Shown here piece by piece: positions 15,964 through 24,220 of a stretch of DNA of 32,000 nt (the stretch's first letter is position 1; every line of letters starts with the position of its first letter). A model generated the notes under the pieces. It made no database searches. It worked only from the letters and a program-made list of their open reading frames with translations, and had not been told where the DNA came from. The translations under genes were made by a program, and so were the position numbers. Origin of the DNA: Propionibacteriaceae bacterium (GTDB lineage Bacteria; Actinomycetota; Actinomycetes; Propionibacteriales; Propionibacteriaceae); contig JAIRQE010000019.1 of the NCBI GenBank assembly GCA_031256725.1, forward strand, positions 90,001 to 122,000. Reading direction: 5' to 3'.

Positions 15964-17382
15964 ATGGTGAGAGATATGGAATTTCGCCCGTTGTTAGGCG
16001 ACGTGAACTATCTTCGGAATCGGTATAACACTTACGTGGGATGTGCCATGGACATGACCCGTACGGCCGATAGTGTCGTATTAGCTGTGAGTCAGGATCA
16101 TTCAGGACAAGGATTAGCTGCTGACGCGATTCGAGAACTAGCCACAAATGTTCACACGTCGATTACCATCTCAGGATTGGCCTATCGTGAAGTGGGTCGT
16201 GCCTTAGGTGACTATGCATATGGGTTGGAACAGGCCCAGATAATCGCTGATAGAGCATCGCGCACACTTGGAATACTCACCACTGAACTTCGCCACCTGG
16301 TCACAGTACAATCTCAGAAAGAAAATGCCTACAACGAGGCAAAACGATGGCGAACCTACTACCAGAACCATCCCAATCAGCCTGAGAAGCTCGTGTACTG
16401 GACCCGTGAAACCAAACAACGCTACACCTCATGGATGACCGCACAGGATGCTGTCGCCAGACACAAGAAACTCATCACAGCCCAAGAAGAAGCATGGCGG
16501 GAAGGCAAACAACGCAAGGATGCTGCTGCACGCATAGCAATGGAACGCATCAGCCAAGCAACCCACATGCTCTACAAAAACCAGCAAAGATTCACAACAA
16601 CCGGTCTCACTGCATGGCTGGGAGGATCACCCCTGTTCATTGACCTTGATTGGGAAAAACTGGCCGATTTCTTTGAAAGTCAGTATGAAGCCTTTCTGGA
16701 GTGGTGGGAATACGTATTGTCATCGGTGGCTTATGAGGTCGGTATTGCCGCATACAAATCTTGGATGGTTTATTCCCGCACCAGACAGTCAATTGACATG
16801 ATTCGTTGGTTCGTGATAACTGGGCCCTACATGCAAATCATGAAGAGGGTTTTCACTAGTGAAGAGAAACTTAGACGCATCTCCCGAGAGATTAAAAGGA
16901 TAATGGTTGGACGTCTCCTTCCTTTCGCAACCCTGCCCGTTGAAGTGGCACGCAGGGCCTATACAGGACCTATCGCAACTCTGATGTTACGCAGTGGGTT
17001 GATCGGAAAAATCTCCACTGCCGCCGGGAAAGTTATCCCGGTTGGCAGTGGAGCCCTAGCCATAACCGACGGAGTGTCTCGATTCGTTGACCCTCGTTAC
17101 TCTGGGACCCGCGGTGTTGTGGACCAAGTCATGGGTGGAGTTGAGGTCCTTGGAGGCCTCGGACTGGTTGCCCTTCCTTTCATACCAAATGCGTATGTGG
17201 CGATTGGTACAGCTGTCGCGTTGGGGATTGTGGGTGTGTGGGATTTAAGCAACATCGCCTATGACTGGCTAGAGGAACATCCCGAAGAAGTTATGACCGC
17301 GAGTGTGAAAACCATTCAAGTAACTGTGACTACAGTTCGGACTGTGCGTTTAGCCTGGGAAGTATTCAAAAAAAACCGTTAA
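15964..17382 (+). CDS. candidate T7SS-type (LXG / T7SS-signal-like) effector with glycine-zipper membrane C-terminal domain
   Basis: 472 aa. The N-terminal ~200 aa is helical, with ...RPLLGDVNYLRNR..., a degenerate WxG-like SGQGLAADAI and ALGDYAYGLEQAQIIADRA. This resembles the N-terminal secretion domain of actinobacterial polymorphic toxins. The C-terminus carries hydrophobic Gly-rich helices (MGGVEVLGGLGLVALPFIPNAYVAIGTAVALGIVGVW). It starts 7 nt after the previous gene's stop. Confidence 0.45.
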   Translation: MVRDMEFRPLLGDVNYLRNRYNTYVGCAMDMTRTADSVVLAVSQDHSGQGLAADAIRELATNVHTSITISGLAYREVGRALGDYAYGLEQAQIIADRASRTLGILTTELRHLVTVQSQKENAYNEAKRWRTYYQNHPNQPEKLVYWTRETKQRYTSWMTAQDAVARHKKLITAQEEAWREGKQRKDAAARIAMERISQATHMLYKNQQRFTTTGLTAWLGGSPLFIDLDWEKLADFFESQYEAFLEWWEYVLSSVAYEVGIAAYKSWMVYSRTRQSIDMIRWFVITGPYMQIMKRVFTSEEKLRRISREIKRIMVGRLLPFATLPVEVARRAYTGPIATLMLRSGLIGKISTAAGKVIPVGSGALAITDGVSRFVDPRYSGTRGVVDQVMGGVEVLGGLGLVALPFIPNAYVAIGTAVALGIVGVWDLSNIAYDWLEEHPEEVMTASVKTIQVTVTTVRTVRLAWEVFKKNR

Positions 17383-17415
17383 CCACAACTAGACCACGTA
17401 AAGAATGGAGGAGCG

Positions 17416-18228
17416 ATGAAAAATCGACCTAGTGAAACCCATGTGTTGACGCGAGCCAAACCCGGGGAATTAGTGTTACTCGGAATGCTCACCGATGAAC
17501 AGATCCTGGCTGTCGAAGGACTGGAACTTGCTCAACCGACTGTGCTTCCCTGGCATGAAACCCAACCCGATCCTGAAACCAGGATAGTCACCGCAGCACG
17601 GGCTTTGTTTGCAGCAGGTTTGTTCATTCCTGGAAGTGGCAAAGATGACTCACGTATCAGTGCAGACATGACTGGAATACTGTCTTCTAGGCGTGCCTCA
17701 CCAGTCCTTCTCATTATCGAACGTGAAACTTCAGAATCCCGACGTTGGAGTTATTCCTATCTGTTCAACACTGCTGTCCTAGAGGAACAAGTCAGCGCCG
17801 ATGGATTCCACACTTTCGTTGCACTGTCTACCAGTGATCTTGGAGACCATTTGGTGGGTCTACTTGACCCATTTGATACCGCTGGGAACACTGCCGAGTT
17901 AGGACGATTCACTTCCATCGACGACTTCGACAAAGACAAAGCAAGCTTCCCCATTGTTACTGAAGCAATCGCGGTGTCCACCATGACCCTACTCGACGCC
18001 CAAATCGGGCAAGCAACAACGATCATAGTATTTGCATCCGGAACTGGCGTCGCGATTCTAGAAACCCAGCAAACACCAGACGATGCAAATCAAACCTATG
18101 TGCTTCGTTGTGTATCACGCAAGGACTTGATCGAACTGACCTACCACCTCATCGCAGACTCCCAACTCCCAGACATCCAGACAGGAAATGAAACTGCGCC
18201 CCTCAACGATCCACCCAAGGTGATATAA
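17416..18228 (+). CDS. EspG-like protein (candidate T7SS substrate chaperone)
   Basis: 270 aa, acidic and soluble-looking. GGAGGAG SD lies 5 nt upstream. Length and pattern (LTDEQILAVEGLELAQPTVLPW..., AARALFAAGLF, PVLLIIERE..., GDHLVGLLDP) resemble the EspG family. The assignment is by eye only. Confidence 0.4.
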   Translation: MKNRPSETHVLTRAKPGELVLLGMLTDEQILAVEGLELAQPTVLPWHETQPDPETRIVTAARALFAAGLFIPGSGKDDSRISADMTGILSSRRASPVLLIIERETSESRRWSYSYLFNTAVLEEQVSADGFHTFVALSTSDLGDHLVGLLDPFDTAGNTAELGRFTSIDDFDKDKASFPIVTEAIAVSTMTLLDAQIGQATTIIVFASGTGVAILETQQTPDDANQTYVLRCVSRKDLIELTYHLIADSQLPDIQTGNETAPLNDPPKVI

Positions 18229-19130
18229 TGGGAACCAAAATCGGGACACGACCAACCCGGAAAATGATGAAAATCATCAACGATAACCCCTGGCTCGGCT
18301 CCGTCCTACACGTCGAACCATTCCGCCCCCTAAAACTCTTCGTCACTGGGGCAATCCTCCTGCTCATCGGGCCGTTTCTTTTCCTGGGCACACGGATTAC
18401 CCCGGAATACTGGCTGCTTCTCGAAGCCCTATTCTGGCCGGTGCCACTTATCTTAGCTGGATCACTATACAGATGTCGGCTCGTCATCTGCGAAGGAGGA
18501 GTCCTCATCGGCCCATCAACAATAACGTCAACGGTTGATATGATTCCTTATGATATGGTTTTTTTAATGTCACTAACAGCCGTACAGAACTTCTCACGCT
18601 TCCGACACATGGGAATCGACTGGGGAGAAAATGGGTCCGAACGATGGGGGAAATGGGGAATCGTATTCCGGAGTAGGGTGGGTGTTGTCTGGCTATCAAA
18701 AGAGTCGTTTGGGAAAGACAACCCAGACATCACCGGGGCCAAAACAAAAACCTTCCGTCAACACTGCCAAGACTTCCTAAAATGGAAAAAATACGTTGTG
18801 TATGAGGATGTGGGATATGACATCCCACTCAGTCTGACCGTTTTCGGGACCCGACACCACCCATCCGAAGTGATCACCCACATCCTCCGCGCTGCAGCAG
18901 ACCATGGAGGATGCCCCTGGGCCTTCAGTGTCCCCGCCGCCACAGAAACCCCTGTCACACTCCCACGACGCCAAAAAAAATTCCGACAAGCACTCCCACG
19001 AATCTTCGGCGACATGACACCCCCCACCATCCCACTAAGCGGATTCCAACCAACACACGAACCCCCCACAGAAAACGACCAGTCAAGTCACAACAACAAC
19101 CAACTAGTGCAACCATGGTACCTAGAATAA
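18228..19130 (+). CDS. membrane protein, two N-terminal TM helices plus bacterial PH-like (YdbS/DUF304-like) domain, Pro/Thr-rich tail; candidate immunity protein
   Basis: 300 aa. Its ATG overlaps the upstream TAA by 1 nt (ATAATGG). TM helices are LKLFVTGAILLLIGPFLFLG and YWLLLEALFWPVPLILAGSLY, followed by RLVICEGGVLIGP, which is typical of membrane-anchored bPH domains. An alternative start lies at 18261. Confidence 0.45.
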   Translation: MGTKIGTRPTRKMMKIINDNPWLGSVLHVEPFRPLKLFVTGAILLLIGPFLFLGTRITPEYWLLLEALFWPVPLILAGSLYRCRLVICEGGVLIGPSTITSTVDMIPYDMVFLMSLTAVQNFSRFRHMGIDWGENGSERWGKWGIVFRSRVGVVWLSKESFGKDNPDITGAKTKTFRQHCQDFLKWKKYVVYEDVGYDIPLSLTVFGTRHHPSEVITHILRAAADHGGCPWAFSVPAATETPVTLPRRQKKFRQALPRIFGDMTPPTIPLSGFQPTHEPPTENDQSSHNNNQLVQPWYLE

Positions 19131-19383
19131 ACAGAAGACCGGGTCACAACAAAGGAATCCACGATACCAAAAACAATTCCGAGTAGCCTGACATCGCTGC
19201 ATTCAAGCGTTCTATCTGTTGTGAATACAGACTGATAGTCTCAGTGCGGGGAGAACTCAGGGTGAGCAGGTCAAGATTGGTGCTCCGCTTCATTTCGCTC
19301 ACACTGACGAAGATCCGTACGTGGATACCAACCGGGAAAAGATGTCTGATAGTGCATTCCGTGCAGAATGGCTGAGATTCATA

Positions 19384-20364
19384 TCACTTGGATGGGTCAT
19401 CACCGCCCCACAGGGGAGTTGGGTAGGTACCCTCATCATGCATGGATTGGACTGCTTTTTGTACCTCGGGTTTGTCTGAGGCATAGGTGACTCCGTACCA
19501 CCTATTCCTGGCACTCAAAACTGTGACGTCAGCCAATCCGGCATGCATGAATCTTTCGACTAGATCGGGGAGGCCGTACTCACATGTCAGGGGATTTGAT
19601 GGCAGATGTTCGGTCAGGAAGATAGCGAATCCTTCTTGGGCTCGGCTGAGGAATTCTGGGGTTGCTCCCCAAAGATTCATGGACACTGGGGTGCCCAGTG
19701 GAAGCTCAATCCAGGATTGTTCATCGACTGTGTACCGGGCCCCCGTCTCAGTCGGTTCCAATCCATGACACTCCTCAATTCCCACAAGGAAGCCTTGCGC
19801 GTTGACCGTACACACTCCCCGAGAGACTGAACCATGATCGGAGAGGGTGTCTTCGATACGGAATCCCACCATGGCGAGGTGGAGGCGCGCATTGTCATCC
19901 TGCGCACTGCGACTTCGCGCATCACAGGCCCCATCGCAGGATCCAGGAGCTCTAGCGAGAAACTCAGCCAAGGACTCTAAAGCCTCAAACCCATAGAAAT
20001 CATCAGCATTGATTACTGCGAAGGGGCGATCCACTACTTCGGCAGCCGATAAGAGAGCATGGGCTGTCCCCCAGGGTTTAACTCGACCTTCGGGAACCTC
20101 AAACCCACTAGGGAGGTTACCCAAACTCTGATAGGCATAACGTAGGGGCACATGGCTGGCCAACCGGTCCCCGAATGCCGCGCGGAATTGGGGTTCGGTT
20201 TCTGGGTTGATCACCATGACAACGTCGTTGAACCCAGCTCGTACCGCATCGAAGATGGAATACTCGAGAATGACTTCCCCACAGGGGCCCATGGAATCAA
20301 TCTGTTTGAGTCCCCCATAGCGGCTGCCCATTCCAGCAGCCAGAATCACCAGTGTCGGTTTCAT
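19384..20364 (-). CDS. sugar-phosphate nucleotidyltransferase family protein (NTP_transferase fold)
   Basis: 326 aa. The N-terminal LVILAAGMGSRYGGLKQI matches the GxGxRxxxxK signature of nucleotidyl-sugar pyrophosphorylases. Substrate cannot be determined from sequence alone. Confidence 0.75.
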   Translation of the reverse strand: MKPTLVILAAGMGSRYGGLKQIDSMGPCGEVILEYSIFDAVRAGFNDVVMVINPETEPQFRAAFGDRLASHVPLRYAYQSLGNLPSGFEVPEGRVKPWGTAHALLSAAEVVDRPFAVINADDFYGFEALESLAEFLARAPGSCDGACDARSRSAQDDNARLHLAMVGFRIEDTLSDHGSVSRGVCTVNAQGFLVGIEECHGLEPTETGARYTVDEQSWIELPLGTPVSMNLWGATPEFLSRAQEGFAIFLTEHLPSNPLTCEYGLPDLVERFMHAGLADVTVLSARNRWYGVTYASDKPEVQKAVQSMHDEGTYPTPLWGGDDPSK

Positions 20365-20543
20365 TGAGGGCCCACTAGGACACTCATGGACTGCGGTGAA
20401 GGCAGGGGTATTCCCTCAGAAACGATTCTGGGCACAGGACGAGGATTCTTTCTCACAACGCCAGTTCCCCCGAACGAAGGAGTGGGATCCCGGCCACCCA
20501 TCGCGTTTTCATTGTTCTTCCTAATCAGCTTCTTTTATGCACA

Positions 20544-20577
20544 ACAGGGCGCATACCATAGCTGGTACACGCCCTGT
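20544..20577 (-). terminator. strong hairpin 16 nt downstream of sdhB stop (candidate intrinsic terminator without U-tract)
   Basis: ACAGGGCG(ca)TACCA-tagc-TGGTA(ca)CGCCCTGT gives 8 + 5 bp of stem with a 2-nt internal mismatch and a 4-nt loop. There is no T-run on either side. Confidence 0.35.
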
Positions 20578-20592
20578 CTCACATTGTGTGGC

Positions 20593-21360
20593 TTATGCGG
20601 TCTTGCCGTCTCCCCTGAAGAGGGAGGCGATGAGATCGCGGTTGAGTTGGCCAATGGACTCCAAGGGGATCTCCTTGGGGCACACTGAGGCACACTCACC
20701 GATGTTCTGACACCCACCGAAACCATTGGCATCATGGGCTGCGATCATAGCCTTCACACGCAAGCGGCGTTCAGGCTGACCTTGGGGAAGATTCGCCAGG
20801 TGAGTAATCTTCGCAGAGGTGAACAACATCCCGGAACCATTGGGGCAGGCTGCCACGCAAGCACCGCAACCAATACAGGTCGCCACGTCGAAGGCTCGAT
20901 CTGCCTGCCTCTTCGGGGCTGGAGTCGAGTGGGCTTCGGGGGCAGACCCAGTGTTTACCGAGATGAATCCACCGGCCTGGATGATCCGATCGAATGCCGA
21001 GCGATCAACAACGAGGTCCTTGATCACTGGGAAGGCACCCGTCCTCCATGGCTCCACTTCGATGACATCACCATCAGAGAAGCTACGCATATGTAGCTGG
21101 CAGGTGGTCGTCGCAACCGAGGACTCGTAACGCCCATGCGGTGAACCGTTGATCACGATGCCGCACATACCGCAGATACCTTCACGGCAGTCGTAGTCGA
21201 AGGCGACAGGCTCCTCATTCTTGGCTGTCAACTGCTCATTGAGCATGTCGAGCATCTCCAAGAAGCTCGTGTCCTCGGAGACATCATCAAGCTGATAGGT
21301 CACCATGGACCCAGCTGCATCCTTATTGGCTTGGCGCCAAACCTTGAGTGTGATTTTCAC
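20593..21360 (-). CDS. sdhB: succinate dehydrogenase / fumarate reductase iron-sulfur subunit
   Basis: 255 aa with three Cys clusters: [22 protein letters not shown] and [12 protein letters not shown]. Its start overlaps the sdhA stop (21357-21360). Confidence 0.93.
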   Translation of the reverse strand: MKITLKVWRQANKDAAGSMVTYQLDDVSEDTSFLEMLDMLNEQLTAKNEEPVAFDYDCREGICGMCGIVINGSPHGRYESSVATTTCQLHMRSFSDGDVIEVEPWRTGAFPVIKDLVVDRSAFDRIIQAGGFISVNTGSAPEAHSTPAPKRQADRAFDVATCIGCGACVAACPNGSGMLFTSAKITHLANLPQGQPERRLRVKAMIAAHDANGFGGCQNIGECASVCPKEIPLESIGQLNRDLIASLFRGDGKTA

Positions 21361-23366
21361 TTGTAACTCCGTTGCTTCAACTCGATGGCCTCGTAGACCA
21401 GAGGTTCCTTATGAAGGACAGGCTTCTGCCCGTCACCTGTGAACTCCCAGGCAGCGACATAAGCGAATTCCTCATCATGACGCAGGGCCTCACCGTCTTC
21501 GGTTTGGGATTCACTGCGGAAGTGCCCACCACAGGATTCATGCCTATGAAGAGCATCGATACACATCAACTCACCGAGATCGATGAAGTCCGCAACCCGA
21601 CCAGCACGTTCGAGAGCCTGATTGAAGTCCTCATTCACTCCAGTGACGCGTACATTGGTCCAATACTCGTCACGCAGGGCGCGAATCTTTTCAATGGCGA
21701 TCTTGAGACCTTCTTCATCACGATCCATCCCGCAGTATTCCCACATGATGGCACCTAGTTCACGGTGGAAGGAATCAACCGAACGATCACCTTGAATGGA
21801 CAACAGTTTCTCGATGCGGTCCTTGGCTTCACGAAGAGCCTCAACTGATGCTGGGGTTGAATCGTCGATAGCCTCGAAAGGACCAGCAGCCAGATAGTCA
21901 TTGATCGTATTCGGCAATACAAAGTACCCATCAGAGAGCCCCTGCATCAAAGCCGAAGCGCCAAGACGGTTGGCACCATGATCAGAGAAGTTGGCCTCAC
22001 CGGTGACAAATAACCCAGTCACAGTGGACTGAAGGTCATAATCAACCCAAAGTCCGCCCATGACATAGTGGACAGCCGGATAGATACGCATGGGAGTCTC
22101 GTAAGGATTCTCACCTGTGATCTGAGCGTACATATCGAAGAGGTTGCCGTAACGAGCAGACACTTCCTTCTTCCCCAGACGCGCAATCGCATCAGCAAAG
22201 TCGAGGTACACCCCACGACGACGCTCAATAGTCTCGCCAGTCTCATGATCAGTCTCTGTGATCGCCGGGCCAACACCGCGACCTTCGTCGCACATGTACT
22301 TGGCTTGACGAGACGCAATATCGCGAGGTACGAGGTTACCGAAAGAGGGATAGATCCTCTCCAGATAATAATCGCGTTCATCCTCTGGAATATCGCGAGG
22401 ATCCTTCTCAGCATCCTCAGGGTTCTTAGGTACCCAAATGCGACCGTCGTTACGCAGGGACTCCGACATCAGCGTCAGTTTGGACTGATGTTCCCCTGTT
22501 ACAGGGATACAGGTCGGATGGATCTGTGTATAGCAGGGGTTACCGAAGTACGCACCCTTACGGTGTGCTCTCCAGTTTGCCGTCACATTGGATCCCATGG
22601 CATTCGTTGAAAGGAAGAAGACGTTGCCATAGCCACCAGTAGCGAGGACCACCGCATCGGCGTACCAAGCCTCGACCTCACCTGTCACCAGGTCGCGGGT
22701 CACGATACCGCGAGCGCGACCATCATGGATGATCACCTCCAACATCTCGTGACGGGAGTGCATGGTGACCGTACCTGCGGCAACCTGACGCTCCAGAGCC
22801 TGATAGGCCCCAATCAGGAGTTGCTGGCCTGTTTGACCGCGGGCATAGAAGGTTCGCTGTACCTGTACCCCACCGAAGGAGCGAGTGTCGAGCAGACCGC
22901 CGTACTCGCGGGCGAAGGGAACCCCCTGGGCCACGCACTGATCGATGATCCCAGCGGAGACCTCAGCCAGACGGTAGACATTGGTTTCACGGGCGCGGTA
23001 GTCGCCACCCTTGACCGTGTCATAGAACAACCTGAAAACCGAGTCGTTGTCGTTACGGTAATTCTTGGCTGCGTTGATACCGCCCTGAGCCGCAATGGAG
23101 TGCGCGCGCCGCGGGCTGTCCTGGAAACAGAAGTTGTGGACGTTGTACCCAGCCTCGCCAAGGGTTGCACCCGCAGCGGCACCGGCTAGGCCCGTACCCA
23201 CAATGATGACGGTCAGCTTGCGGCGGTTCGCCGGGTTGACCAACTTGGCTTCAAACTTGCGCGTCGACCACTTCTTTTCGATGGGGCCAGCTGGAGCCTT
23301 CGTATCACGAATCTCTTCGCCAACCGTGAAGTACGCTTTCGCGGAGGACTTAACTGTCGCTGCCAT
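21357..23366 (-). CDS. sdhA: succinate dehydrogenase / fumarate reductase flavoprotein subunit
   Basis: FAD-binding [13 protein letters not shown], the covalent-FAD His motif [11 protein letters not shown], and HYVMGGL are present. I use the ATG at 23366 (MAATVKSS...), 2 nt after the sdhC stop. The 71-codon upstream extension in the ORF track overlaps sdhC and is rejected. Confidence 0.93.
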   Translation of the reverse strand: MAATVKSSAKAYFTVGEEIRDTKAPAGPIEKKWSTRKFEAKLVNPANRRKLTVIIVGTGLAGAAAGATLGEAGYNVHNFCFQDSPRRAHSIAAQGGINAAKNYRNDNDSVFRLFYDTVKGGDYRARETNVYRLAEVSAGIIDQCVAQGVPFAREYGGLLDTRSFGGVQVQRTFYARGQTGQQLLIGAYQALERQVAAGTVTMHSRHEMLEVIIHDGRARGIVTRDLVTGEVEAWYADAVVLATGGYGNVFFLSTNAMGSNVTANWRAHRKGAYFGNPCYTQIHPTCIPVTGEHQSKLTLMSESLRNDGRIWVPKNPEDAEKDPRDIPEDERDYYLERIYPSFGNLVPRDIASRQAKYMCDEGRGVGPAITETDHETGETIERRRGVYLDFADAIARLGKKEVSARYGNLFDMYAQITGENPYETPMRIYPAVHYVMGGLWVDYDLQSTVTGLFVTGEANFSDHGANRLGASALMQGLSDGYFVLPNTINDYLAAGPFEAIDDSTPASVEALREAKDRIEKLLSIQGDRSVDSFHRELGAIMWEYCGMDRDEEGLKIAIEKIRALRDEYWTNVRVTGVNEDFNQALERAGRVADFIDLGELMCIDALHRHESCGGHFRSESQTEDGEALRHDEEFAYVAAWEFTGDGQKPVLHKEPLVYEAIELKQRSYK

Positions 23367-23368
23367 AG

Positions 23369-24073
23369 TTAGCTCACCATCCCAATTAGTACGGCCACTG
23401 GAGGAAGAATAAAGCCTACAAACAGCAATGCTGCCACGAAATAGGCCAGGGCGTTGAGTACATTGCGTGCCCCGGTGCCAACGTTGGCACCCAAGGTAGT
23501 GAAGGCTGACCAGAAGCCATGCCTCACATGCATACACACTGCGCCAACAAAGATCGCATAGATGAGCACAACCCACCACTGCGAGAAGGCTCCAACAAAC
23601 ATAGAGTACGGGTCTTCAGCGTTAAAGGTATACCCTGTAGTGACCCAACCCACTGTGAACATGAGCAGGTGCAGGAGAAGCAGAGTACCCACAAGGATAC
23701 CCAGCCAACGCATGAACCGAGCCGACAAGGTTTGTTCCTTGCGACGGGTACGTACGTAGCGAGCCCCGCGTCCATGCAGGCTTGCCGCCCACAGAACTGC
23801 CATGCAGTAGATATGTAGTACCAAGCAGGTCAACAGGACGAGCCTGAAGATCCATATGAACCACCCCTGGGGAAGAATGGGGTAGAGGAGATCACCCTTG
23901 AGCCAATGCGCGTAATGGTTGTACTCGGATTGGCCAATGAAGATCTTGAGATTGCCAAACATATGCATGAGAAGGAAAGCGATCAGCACAAGGCCAGTCA
24001 AGGCCATGACGACCTTTTTAACCACCGTGGAACGTATCGCTTCCTGATGCACACTCAAAGATGTAGATGCCAC
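23369..24073 (-). CDS. sdhC: succinate dehydrogenase / fumarate reductase cytochrome b membrane subunit (single large subunit type)
   Basis: 234 aa with about five hydrophobic helices and conserved His residues ([33 protein letters not shown]). It sits first in the sdhCAB order. Confidence 0.85.
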   Translation of the reverse strand: MASTSLSVHQEAIRSTVVKKVVMALTGLVLIAFLLMHMFGNLKIFIGQSEYNHYAHWLKGDLLYPILPQGWFIWIFRLVLLTCLVLHIYCMAVLWAASLHGRGARYVRTRRKEQTLSARFMRWLGILVGTLLLLHLLMFTVGWVTTGYTFNAEDPYSMFVGAFSQWWVVLIYAIFVGAVCMHVRHGFWSAFTTLGANVGTGARNVLNALAYFVAALLFVGFILPPVAVLIGMVS

Positions 24074-24220
24074 TCCCCCACCCTATCGAACCTAGGGCCT
24101 TGTTAGGCAAGGATTTGAGAAATGATGTTCGATGTATGGGAAATAAATCTGCATCACGAGAACACGATAGGGTCGAAAGTCAGTAAAACATCGACAAGGA
24201 CAGGAAGTAGGGAGGTTCAC

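Noticed and set aside
15543-19190. Possible direct repeats flanking the cassette (ttccgag in both border spacers) as att-like sites.
   Set aside because: It is only a 7-mer match, expected by chance in spacers of this size. There are no recombinase or transposase genes.
20386-20688. A 100-aa plus-strand ORF in the spacer between sdhB and the nucleotidyltransferase.
   Set aside because: It overlaps the sdhB 3' end antisense and spans the terminator-like hairpin. It has no recognisable motif and no RBS.
23367-23579. A 71-codon N-terminal extension of the sdhA ORF (the ORF track gives 740 aa).
   Set aside because: The extension overlaps the 3' part of sdhC in another frame and is Cys/Arg-rich nonsense-like sequence. 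The canonical start MAATVKSS lies 2 nt after the sdhC stop.
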